From Octopus bimaculoides (taxonomy: Eukaryota), in assembly GCF_001194135.2 (NCBI RefSeq), contig NC_068983.1:124107350-124143019 (forward strand): a stretch of 35,670 bases of DNA, read 5' to 3'. Positions within the stretch are counted from its first letter, which is position 1, and each line of letters opens with the position of its first letter. Under the pieces are notes generated by a model, which was given only the letters and a program-made list of their open reading frames with translations, searched no databases and was not told the DNA's origin. The position numbers and the translations under genes are program-made. This document shows, piece by piece, positions 22,290 through 30,812 of this stretch.

Positions 22290-23235
22290 AATTGAAAAAT
22301 CCCAGTTAAAAGGGAGAAAATCAAACTTGTTAGCGATCTATCCCACACCTCCGCCCTGAAAAAAAATATGGTATGGTCATGGTTGGAACGTCTGCTCGAC
22401 CGAAATTTACTTAGAGCTAAACAATACAGCTTGTAATGAAGAGGCCTGGACAAAAATTTAATTTCTTCAACAATTCTATCGTAAACGAGCTGGTAATTTA
22501 TTTAATTACATCTAGTCCTGATTTTCATATAAGCATCTTTTTTCAGTGAATAGCTTGATCGAATATTTTCAGAAAAGACAGCATCTATGCCATTCGTGAT
22601 GAGTCAGATGAGTCAATACATAGTGAAAATATCTATATACAGAGAAACTACATAAAGAATATATATATTTCCAAAAAATTAATTTGATTCAAAATATAAC
22701 AAAATTTTCATAAAAAATACTTTCTTAGACATTTCATTTTGTTTTCTTTGTTTTTTTTTTTTAATGCCCAAATTGTTATTTGTCAGTTAATTAAAACAAA
22801 ATATTCTACTTTATTATTTTAGGTGGGGCTGAAATAAAGAATTTAAAAGGGTAACAATAAAATGTCTAAACCAATTATAAATGGTTTGTAACTTAAGTGA
22901 GAGAGAGAGAGACTTCTAGAACATTCAATGAAAAGACATTTAATTCACTAAATTACTCGACAATTCCCAACAAATATTTTTAAATTGGAATTTTATGCAA
23001 GGATAACAGATTAATAGTTTTGTTTGTATAAATTATTATAAAACGAAAATAAGCAAGTCAGTAATAATGAAAGAAAGAAAAAAACAGCATGCTATCGCAT
23101 CATGCGACATATGACTGTAGAAAGAATTACCTTGTGAGCATCAATGCCGGTAAGTCGGCTCTTGGTCTCTTGATCTTTAATGATGATAAATGGTCTCCCA
23201 TACTCATCAAATGCTAATGATCCCATTGCGGACAT
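10254..23235 (-). CDS. CCT5: T-complex protein 1 subunit epsilon, complete 10-exon CDS: complement(join(10254..10378,11584..11764,12121..12258,13002..13187,14315..14434,17375..17524,17873..18065,18742..18940,19361..19586,23131..23235)); 1623 nt, 540 aa
   Basis: All nine introns are GT-AG with consistent phases. N-terminus [22 protein letters not shown] and motifs [65 protein letters not shown] are diagnostic for CCT5. Confidence 0.97.
10925..10993 (+). pseudogene. Possible piggyBac transposase relic in CCT5 intron 9
   Basis: [22 protein letters not shown] resembles the recalled piggyBac E.KAF.G...MG...LP.Y segment. It is short and contains an in-frame stop. Confidence 0.3.
11584..11764 (-). 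CDS. CCT5: CCT5 exon 9 (181 nt; [17 protein letters not shown]...KGTS)
   Basis: Acceptor tttcag, donor G|gtaaaa. Confidence 0.96.
12121..12258 (-). CDS. CCT5: CCT5 exon 8 (138 nt; [15 protein letters not shown]...QMTDK)
   Basis: Acceptor cttaag, donor AAA|gtaatt. Confidence 0.96.
12341..12392. repeat. Compound microsatellite (AT)n plus (CAT)n
   Basis: Read directly. Confidence 0.95.
12597..12606. other. Assembly gap (10 N)
   Basis: N run. Confidence 1.
13002..13187 (-). CDS. CCT5: CCT5 exon 7 (186 nt; [14 protein letters not shown]...IRGGNKM)
   Basis: Acceptor ttccag, donor ATG|gtaagt. Confidence 0.96.
14315..14434 (-). CDS. CCT5: CCT5 exon 6 (120 nt; [40 protein letters not shown])
   Basis: Acceptor ttttag, donor GAA|gtgagt. 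Confidence 0.96.
15250..15690 (+). mobile_element. Decayed RTE reverse-transcriptase fragment
   Basis: Degenerate DLEK, GVHQ.SV.S.LLF and ELL segments. Boundaries approximate. Confidence 0.65.
15900..16870 (+). mobile_element. Decayed, internally deleted RTE LINE
   Basis: Degenerate [24 protein letters not shown] and CKLWVH..SGI segments, collinear with the 5385-8140 element. Confidence 0.65.
17375..17524 (-). CDS. CCT5: CCT5 exon 5 (150 nt; [26 protein letters not shown]...MVDQ)
   Basis: Acceptor ttacag, donor CAG|gtaaat. Confidence 0.96.
17873..18065 (-). CDS. CCT5: CCT5 exon 4 (193 nt; INKCHRQMA...HPQMPK)
   Basis: Acceptor ttccag, donor AAA|gtaagt. Confidence 0.96.
18742..18940 (-). CDS. 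CCT5: CCT5 exon 3 (199 nt; [11 protein letters not shown]...TTLGSK)
   Basis: Acceptor tttatag, donor AT|gtaagt. Confidence 0.96.
18960..19320 (+). mobile_element. Highly decayed RTE remnant filling most of CCT5 intron 2
   Basis: [11 protein letters not shown] and GFM segments correspond to KTGKASSPSGI and QFGFV in the 5385-8140 element. Confidence 0.5.
19361..19586 (-). CDS. CCT5: CCT5 exon 2 (226 nt; [10 protein letters not shown]...GDGTTGVV)
   Basis: Acceptor tttcag, donor G|gtaag, ATP-binding GDGTT motif. Confidence 0.96.
20152..20830 (-). mobile_element. 3' end of an RTE LINE with 3' UTR and (GAT)n tail
   Basis: ORF ...[10 protein letters not shown]...GRGRPMKTW followed by UTR ending ACGTTAAACGATGATGATG. 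Confidence 0.85.
20479..20488. other. Assembly gap (10 N) with overlapping contig ends
   Basis: The same 30-mer flanks both sides (20449-20478 and 20489-20518). Confidence 0.95.
21406..21715. mobile_element. Complete family-A TTAGGG-carrying TIR element (310 bp) in CCT5 intron 1; Merlin- or MULE-like
   Basis: Perfect 9-bp TSD TAACAAATA (21397-21405 and 21716-21724). Perfect 26-bp terminal IR GGTACTACTAAAGCAGCGCGGACCCG. Inverted arms 21406-21502 and 21597-21715 each contain TTAGGG units. An extra internal terminus lies at 21506-21578. Confidence 0.92.
23131..23235 (-). CDS. CCT5: CCT5 exon 1 (105 nt; [35 protein letters not shown])
   Basis: ATG at 23235, donor AAG|gtaatt. Confidence 0.96.
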
Positions 23236-23426
23236 TTTGAAGAGGATAAAGCCGGAGATGCAATAAGATTACAGTCGATGAATAAATAATGGATAACAAT
23301 GGAGAAAGATGATCAATACAGAGTGCGAGTAAGCAACGGGAATCTCGTCAGTAACGAGAATCTCGCTAGGTTCGTCTCCTGTAAACAGTGTCTTGGCAAC
23401 GTAATAAAAATATTAGTGTGAACAAA
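23236..23426. promoter_or_regulatory. Putative bidirectional promoter and 5' UTRs of CCT5 and the TEX49-like gene
   Basis: Only 191 bp separate the divergent ATGs. CpG-retaining. TCTCG/CGAGA half-sites at 23343-47, 23355-59 and 23361-65. GGCAAC (RFX-type half-site) at 23395-23400. Confidence 0.65.
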
Positions 23427-23511
23427 ATGTATTCGTCTTCTAATCTTGAACACCATGGTTCATTTAATGAGTTAAAAAGACTTAAAATAAAACATGTGAG
23501 AAATGTTAAAG
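23427..23511 (+). CDS. TEX49: TEX49-like exon 1 (85 nt)
   Basis: aaaATG start with an in-frame TAA upstream at 23382-23384. Donor AAAG|gttggt, phase 1 matching exon 2. Encodes HGSFNELKRLKIKHVRNVK. Confidence 0.7.
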
Positions 23512-26500
23512 GTTGGTCGAAAAAGCAATATGTTTTTCTCTTAAAATAGTCATTTTATTCCTAAATCTCTTCTTTTTCGTTTTGTTATTAGCTCAGATTA
23601 AGTATATCTGTGAGGACATTATAGCCATGATCATCCCCTCCTTTTTTCATTTAATCTTTCTCAGATATCTAGTATGGCCTTATTCAATGTGTCCTTTTCT
23701 CTTTTTTTTTTTTTTTGCGGTCCAACGCCTTTTTTTCTCAGACAGTGGGTGCAAATCGAAGGAGATTTAATTGTTATTATAAGTAGGTCGAGCGACTACA
23801 TGGAAGCTACTCATTGTTTGTTGGACGCAGCGCTAGATTAACCATTAAGCAAAATTAGTACGTGTTTAGGGCATCAAAGGAAACAGAAATGGTTTATGGC
23901 ACAAAAGAATTCACTTTAAATTTGCTAAAATAATATTCGGGATGCCTTATGTCTACTAAGTATGGAAGCAGATGTGTCATGTAAGATTAATTTTGAGGAT
24001 CTGATCAAAGACTTTGCAATTAAAAACAAGTAGAAGAAAACTTTTCAAATATAAATAAAGTGGAAGTATACAAAAATAAACATTCTTTTCCGGCATATTG
24101 TTTTGTTTCATTTTGAAAAATAAAAATTTATTTTATGGTTTATTATTGTTTATATTTTGAATTACATATATATGGGGGAATCAAAATGCTCTAAGTGCTT
24201 AGGGCTTCTATGTGTCTTAAATCTGGCCTTGGTTGGACGTAACTAATTCAGCATGTAAATTTCATAACAGTTCAGTTATTGATTAACCTGCAATAAATAC
24301 AATATATGTGCGGGTGGCACATAAAATACACCATTTTGAGCGGGGCCGTTGCCAGTACCGCCTGACTGGCCTTCGTGCCGGTGGCACGTAAAAGCACCCA
24401 CTACACTCTCTGAGTGGTTGGCGTTAGGAAGGGCATCCAGCTGTAGAAACTCTGCCAAATCAGATTGGAGCCTGGTGTAGCCATCTGGTTTCACCAGTCC
24501 TCAGTCAAATCGTCCAACCCATGCTAGCATGGAAAGCGGACGTTAAACGATGATGATGATGATACCACATGATTATCCATTTAAGGTGCTACCTTTTTAT
24601 TAAATATGTTCTCTTTAAAATTCATAAAGTCTTTGAAAGAATTAGAAACTTAATAACTTAAGGATTTATTCACTTTATTTCACACTGTTTTCATTTGCCA
24701 AAAAAAAAAAATGTTATATTAGGTGATTTTTAGTTTGGTAAATTATTGACATTTAGACTCATTAATAAGAATATTTGCAAATATAGCTGGGCAGTTCAAA
24801 ATTTTGCATAATAACTCTGTGGTTTAAAGTTTGACTTCATTGTGCACCACCTTAAACAAGTGTTTAAATCAATATGTTTAACTTGATCAACGCCTTGTAA
24901 GTCAAGTTTGGAAGACAGAAAGCTGTGTTAAAGTTCATCAAAGGAGCTGTGCCTGTTCTTGGTGGTAGTGTTAATCTGTGATCTGGCCATTGGGTACTTC
25001 AGCAGAGTCCATTCTGTTGCAAGCATTCAAGACAGGTCTCTGATACGAGGATATAGCAGACTTGAACCTGGGTCATCACAATTATGGACTTCGAGTTAAG
25101 AGTCTTTCATGTGTGAAGCCAAGTTATCAGCCAATCAATGGCTGATCTTCACATGATAGTTTCTCCAGAGTTGTTCTCCGTAATAAGCTTATAAACAGAG
25201 TTTGTTTCGAGCACCAATTCACAGAGTGTTGTAGACATCAGCCTAGAATGATTACCTCCAATCTCACCAAGTTGTTATAACAACTACATGGTCATCCAGA
25301 TATGCAGTATGTGATGGTAGACACGAAGCAATGCCTTTATATGTTCCTCTGTTTAATCCAATCCCTGTGCTAAGCTTTTGATATCCAGTTACTTGCTTGT
25401 TGTATTATATTTCTTTCATCATGTTGACTCTACATGTATATTTGTAATTCATGATCAACTTCATATGACTTGTATCATGTTAATAAATCATATCTAAATG
25501 CTTGGACAGTGTTAACTAATTCATACACAGCCTCAACCAACAGCAAACACCTAGCAACAAGGATAATTTTCTCACTTCTAGTCAATCTTGGAAATCCTGA
25601 AAAGGGTTGTGATGTTACTCTTCTTCCTCTGATTAAATAATTAAAGATAAGAAAAAAAGAAGTATTGTAATTGACAATTACTGTCTACATTTCATTTTGT
25701 CATTAAACAATCATTTTATTATTAAACAATCAGACAAAAATGCCTTGTGGAGTTTGGTTCTGCTCTTTACATTCTGAGTCCAAATCCTACTGAGGTAAAT
25801 TTGTTTTTCAACCTTTCAGGGCCAATAAAACAAAGTATCAGTCAGGTACTGGGATTGATCTAACCTCCTCCCCTCAGAAGTGCTGATTTAGTGCCTAAAT
25901 TAGAAACAAGTTAATGCAACAATTAGGGTGATGGAGTGACACATTAGAGCATTTAACAAAATAACTTGCATTTCTTGTGACTCTGTGTCTTCTGAGTTCA
26001 AATCCCGCTGAGGCCACCTTTCCCTTTCATCCTTTCAGGAGTGAATAAAATAAAGTACTAATCAAGTCCATTTAATCACCCAACCCTGAACCTATGTTAG
26101 AAACACTTAATGCAAAAATAAAAAAAAAACAGTGGGTTTTACAGGTATTTACTTGTATATATGCTCTACCTCTTTCTTTTTCATCCCACTGGGGTCACTA
26201 AAATATGTACAAGTAAATAGTCTTAATTTAATCAACTAAACTAGTTTGCTTCATAGTATACATTTTTAGTAATTAACTGAAATCATTGTTTATTAATTCA
26301 TGCACTATAGGGCCAACTGAAATGTATTTGCAACCCAATACAACTTCTCAAGAACTTGGATGGCATTACAAAGAACATTTCACAATGAGTCAGAAACCCT
26401 CATGGACATATATTGAAAGATGGCCAATCATTCAAAATGAAATGACAAGGTGAGTAAATATTGTTTTGCTACTGACAAATTATATTCTTCTTTAAGTGAC

Positions 26501-28013
26501 TCAGAAGAGATTCAGACCTGTTTATGCATGATTGAACTGAAACTACAGATATATCCAAAATATCTTTCCATCATTTCTACTAAGTACAACATTAATAAGA
26601 ATGCATTAAATACTTGTGAGTGGAATAGGTAAAGAAAACTGGAAGAAATCTGTTATATATGCATGCACTCACACCATGTGTGTGTGTGTATCATTATCAT
26701 CCACTTTCCATGTTGGCATGGGTTGACTGTTTAACAGGAGCTGGCTAGGCAGAAGACTATAACATGCTTCACTGTCTGTTTTGACATGGTTTTTATGGAA
26801 GGATGCCCTTCCTAACACCAACCACTCCACAGAGTGGACTGAGTGCTTTTTACATGGCACCAGCACAAGCGAGGTCAGTTTTGACATGTTTTTTTTTTAC
26901 AGTTGGATGCCCTTCCAAATGCCAACCACTTTACAATTGTGGACTGGATGCTTTTTAAGTAGCACCAGCACTGGTAGGGTCACCAAGTAACTTACAAGAC
27001 AAAGATCCTTTGAGAGGGGATGGAGCATTGGAGGAGGAAATCTTCTGCCATATGGTGAAAGATTACAGTGTGACAGAGAGACAGAAACAGGTGTTTTGCT
27101 GTAGAGGAGATACATGGTTAGAGAGAGAGAGAGTGATCAAGATTGTGGCCAGGAACAGGTGTGTTGCTGTAGAGGAGATACATGGTTAACCAGTCTGATG
27201 GAGAGAGCAAGAGAAGGGAAGAAAGCAGGAGTGAGATGGTGGTGAAATGCCAGGGTATCCTCACAAGGAATGGGGAATCAGAATATAAGTGGGATGGTAG
27301 AGTAGAGCAAAGGAGAGATCAGTGGTGGCAAAGTGGAAGGACATATCTTCAAGATATGAGGTTAGAATATAAATGGTAGGTACATAAGTAGAGAGTAGAG
27401 ACTTCACATGAATGCAAAGAGTGGGGGGGGGGAATGCAGTGACTGGTAAAACCTGGGTATATGGAGGGGGTGGAGGACAGGATTGGGGAGCAAGAGACAA
27501 GCATAAACATAGTGCATGAGAAGAGGCGAGATGTAGTTTGGTTTGTTGGGGTAGGGTAAGGAAAATGTTTTATTGTTGTTTTGTGGGTGGAGAGGCCTGA
27601 TAACTGAACCCCCACATGATGCCACGTATAGGAGCATTAAGTCGGAGAATCCATTCATGTTAAAGCATATTCAAATAATTTTAATTAAAAACAAATTTTA
27701 ATATACCTTCTAAAATAAGATGGTGAGTTGGCAGAATTATTAGCACACTGGGCAAAATGCTTAGTGGCATTTCAGCCATTGTTACATTTTGAGTACAAAA
27801 TTTTCGACTTTGCTTTTCATCTTTTCATAAAATAAGTACCAGTTGAACACTAGGGTTGATTTAATTGACTTACCCACTCTTTTGAAGCTCTGCTGGCCTC
27901 AGGCCAAAATTTGAAACTGATATACCTTGTAAAGATTATAATTTCTTTCTTCTTTTCCTTCTAGATTTGTGGATCATATGAAACGGAATGACAGAGATTT
28001 TATATTGTTCTAA
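23427..28013 (+). CDS. TEX49: TEX49/SPMIP11-like microtubule inner protein: join(23427..23511,26311..26449,27965..28013); 273 nt, 90 aa
   Basis: Phases fit (1, then 2) with GT-AG junctions. Protein: MYSSSNLEHHGSFNELKRLKIKHVRNVKGPTEMYLQPNTTSQELGWHYKEHFTMSQKPSWTYIERWPIIQNEMTRFVDHMKRNDRDFILF. The C-terminus matches the recalled human TEX49 end MTRFMDHSILNDRTFSLY. P.TTSQE.GW is typical of axonemal microtubule inner proteins. AATAAA lies 8 nt after the stop. Confidence 0.8.
23944..24231 (+). mobile_element. 3' end of a hAT (Tip100/ZMYM1-like) transposon in TEX49-like intron 1
   Basis: ALCLLSMEADVSCKINFEDLIKDFAIK, a frameshift, then SRRKLF: the hAT dimerisation-domain tail. It ends in CTTAAATCTGGCCTTG, resembling ...CCGGCCCTG hAT termini. 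Confidence 0.6.
24312..24563 (+). mobile_element. RTE 3' UTR/tail-only insertion with (GAT)n tail
   Basis: Collinear with the UTR at 20152-20330 (opposite strand), ending ACGTTAAACGATGATGATGAT. Confidence 0.8.
26311..26449 (+). CDS. TEX49: TEX49-like exon 2 (139 nt)
   Basis: Acceptor ctatag, strong donor AAG|gtgagt, open frame GPTEMYLQPNTTSQELGW...NEMTR. Confidence 0.85.
26690..27120 (-). mobile_element. Older RTE-tail-derived repeat(s)
   Basis: GGATGCCCTTCCTAACACCAACC and GGATGCCCTTCCAAATGCCAACC segments share the RTE UTR core. Confidence 0.6.
27717..27917 (+). mobile_element. tRNA-derived SINE family 1, just upstream of the TEX49-like exon 3 acceptor
   Basis: Collinear with 2837-3056. 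Confidence 0.75.
27965..28013 (+). CDS. TEX49: TEX49-like exon 3 (49 nt; FVDHMKRNDRDFILF*)
   Basis: Long pyrimidine tract plus ctag acceptor, TAA at 28011-28013. Confidence 0.85.
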
Positions 28014-28020
28014 GTCATGG

Positions 28021-28026
28021 AATAAA
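28021..28026 (+). terminator. AATAAA polyadenylation signal of the TEX49-like gene
   Basis: Canonical hexamer just after the stop codon. Confidence 0.5.
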
Positions 28027-28184
28027 AAAAACAAAAAACAGAAACATTATGAATCTAAATACTGCTGACAATGTGTGGATTAAAATGCATGAATTTATTT
28101 ATAAACTATAGAGATTTTGTCTTTTTTATATAGTCAAAACTTTTATTAAAATATATGATTTTTATATGTATGTATGTATGTAAG

Positions 28185-28225
<41 letters not shown>

Positions 28226-29525
28226 CTGTGTATATATATATGTGTCTGTGTTAATGATTATATTCCGTGTTCTTGCATGAAGCTGTTTGAACAAGAGTAA
28301 TGATTGTTATGTTGATATTTGCTGCTAACAAACTGTTCTGTAGCTTTTGAAGGTAAGAGAATTAAGGAAAAACCCCTTATTTGAAAAACATGTAAGAATT
28401 AGCAACAGAAAGGGTATCCAGCTGTAATATAATAGTTCAATTATGAATATTTGTCCAACTGATGTTAGCTTGAAAAAAGGGATGTAAAACAAATAAAATG
28501 ATTCCACTAAGAAAATACATGCCTGGGAATATAGATGTCATGCTGCCTACTCTTTGTCCAAAGGAAGAATGATTGTTTCATTTAGCAACGGAGTTAATTG
28601 TTCTTTGAATTTCTTACAAGTCTAGGGACACATGATGGTTCTAACAAATATTCCCAATAGATTGTAGCATTTTAGTGGGTTAAGAGATCAATATATGAAA
28701 CTATAAACCTTTCATAACCATATTTCTGTTGAAATATCCTGCCTTTATTTCAGTTAATTCTTAAAATAATGAAGAATTTAGTAAAATAATTTTGTCATTA
28801 ATCTAGTTTTTAGAACAAATTAATATAAATTTTTCATGGAAGATTTTCATGTAGATTATTTAAAACACAAAGTTTGTGCCATAGAACCAGGAGTGGTTTC
28901 AGGCAAGTTGGTATCAAAATTGTCAAATGGTACCAGAATTTTTTGCGAGCATTGATTTAAAGAAGAATGTTTCTCTAGAAGTGGAACAATGAGATATACA
29001 TGCTTTTCTCAAAATATCTTTCATATATCTAGATATTGATTAAAATATATATCCTTTTTTTTTAAATGAATAAATTCAATTCACTTTGAAATAAATAGTA
29101 ATTATGGTAAAACATTATTGAACTAAATATAGCGATTACACATAAAAATCTTGTGAAACTGAAAGTACTATACAGTTTTCATTAACGAAATCATTTCCCT
29201 TTTCTTATGTTGCTGATATACTTGAAAAAGGCATGAACATGATATTTTACCTCCTCCATCCTGTGCCTTTCAGCACTGTCATCATTATCAGCATTCTTAG
29301 CTTTCACTTTTCCGTGCTTGCATGGGTCAGATGGAAGTTTGTTGAGATAGAATTTCTGTGACTGGATGCTCTTCCCAAATAGAGTAATTTTTCACCATGA
29401 CCAGACATGCTCTCATGGAAGATTGGAAATGATGCATGCTGCTTACATAACTGTAATATTTACAACCATTACATGATATCAAGGCAAGAAGACAGTAATA
29501 CACACACATGCACATACACCTGCAA

Positions 29526-30301
29526 CATGGTGTTTGGGCCAAATTCGACAGTTTGCATAAAAGGAAAAGAAAACAATATCCCATCCAAAATTAAAAGTAT
29601 TTTCAAAAATATAAAAAACATCAACTAGATAATGGCTTGGAGACAACAGTTTACTGAAACTAGTTGATTTTGGCCACCAATTTAGCCTTGGTGTCTTTCT
29701 CAACTGTACCCCACATATAGTAATCCATGGAATTGCTGTCAGAGGAATTAGGAGGCCAGAAATTGGGCTAGTGAAGTCATAGAAATTCTCCGATAACCAC
29801 TTCCACTTCTTTCCAGAGGTATGATGAGGAGCTGGATTTAGCTGTCACACATATGGCCTTCTAGCACCAACTCTCTCCAGCCATGGTTTGACCACAGTTT
29901 TGAGCAGCTTCACATAGCCATCTGAACTGAACCCAAGTCCTTGTTCAAAGATAGGGGACAAATTCTGGCACATGGACACAGAATACCTGCTGTGTCCTTT
30001 CCTGTTTTGTAGTCGCCATTGCAACTGTCCACATCATGTCTTACAGCCTTTACAATGTTCACAGAGGATTTAGCAGCACTCATAATATTGGCATTTTGAT
30101 ATCTGGCACAAATCATAACTACAAGTAACTCTTTTCCAATATTTAGATAGCTTCCAGCCTTCCATATCATTTAACTTTTTCCCAACTACAGCTTTCATCT
30201 TTATGCTCTCTAATGCCATTAACTGTTTGCCAATACTCAAGGTGTTCTTGAAAAAAAGCAGACAAAAAAAAAATATTGTCAAATTTTGCCTGAAAACCCT
30301 A
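29526..30301 (-). mobile_element. Internally deleted IS630-Tc1-mariner transposon with both TIRs
   Basis: Minus strand reads YVKLLKTVVKPWLERV..RPYV*QLNPAPHHTS..WLSENFYDF, a frameshift, then PNFWPPNSSDSNSMDYYMWGTVEK. Decayed TIRs (18/26 identical) at 29526 and 30301, with TA after the right end. Confidence 0.8.
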
Positions 30302-30718
30302 TACTTTATGTGTGTGTCTCACTATGTCTGTTTTGATAGCTGAAAAGGCCTTTTCTGTTTGTATTGTATTGTTTTAGTACTGCATACATATAATTATTCC
30401 TTTTGCTTATTGTACAACTGTAAGTAATTTTCTATTTTGTATGTACCATTCCTTGTCTGTTACATCTTATCATTATTTCTTATTGTACAAGTAATGTTAT
30501 TTTGTCCAGTCCTCACACATATTTGCCAGCTTTTTCCTGTAGCTCTATGCTCTGGTGCTTCCATTAGATAACAATGGTCTTGGTTTAAATAGTGTGAAAC
30601 CACTAAGACGTCTCGGATACCAACTGATAAGAAAGTCAGCTGTGAATGTTTCTTGTATCATGTTTTTATCTTCCTTTTCTTTCCACTATGTTTTTACCCA
30701 ATTTTTCGTCTATTTGTC

Positions 30719-30724
<6 letters not shown>

Positions 30725-30805
<81 letters not shown>

Positions 30806-30812
30806 CACACAC
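30725..30812. repeat. Compound microsatellite (CT)23(AT)15 plus (AC)n, joined to a SINE fragment at 30813-30898
   Basis: Read directly. Confidence 0.95.

Noticed and set aside
10379-23130. Intronic snoRNAs in CCT5 (chaperonin genes often host them)
   Set aside because: A by-eye scan found no properly spaced C/D boxes or convincing H/ACA fold. A covariance-model search is needed to exclude them.
23513-23770. 85-aa ORF, and an MALFNV start at 23674 resembling the human TEX49 N-terminus
   Set aside because: It lies in intron 1 downstream of the conserved exon, runs into poly-T and has no donor, so it cannot precede the conserved segment.
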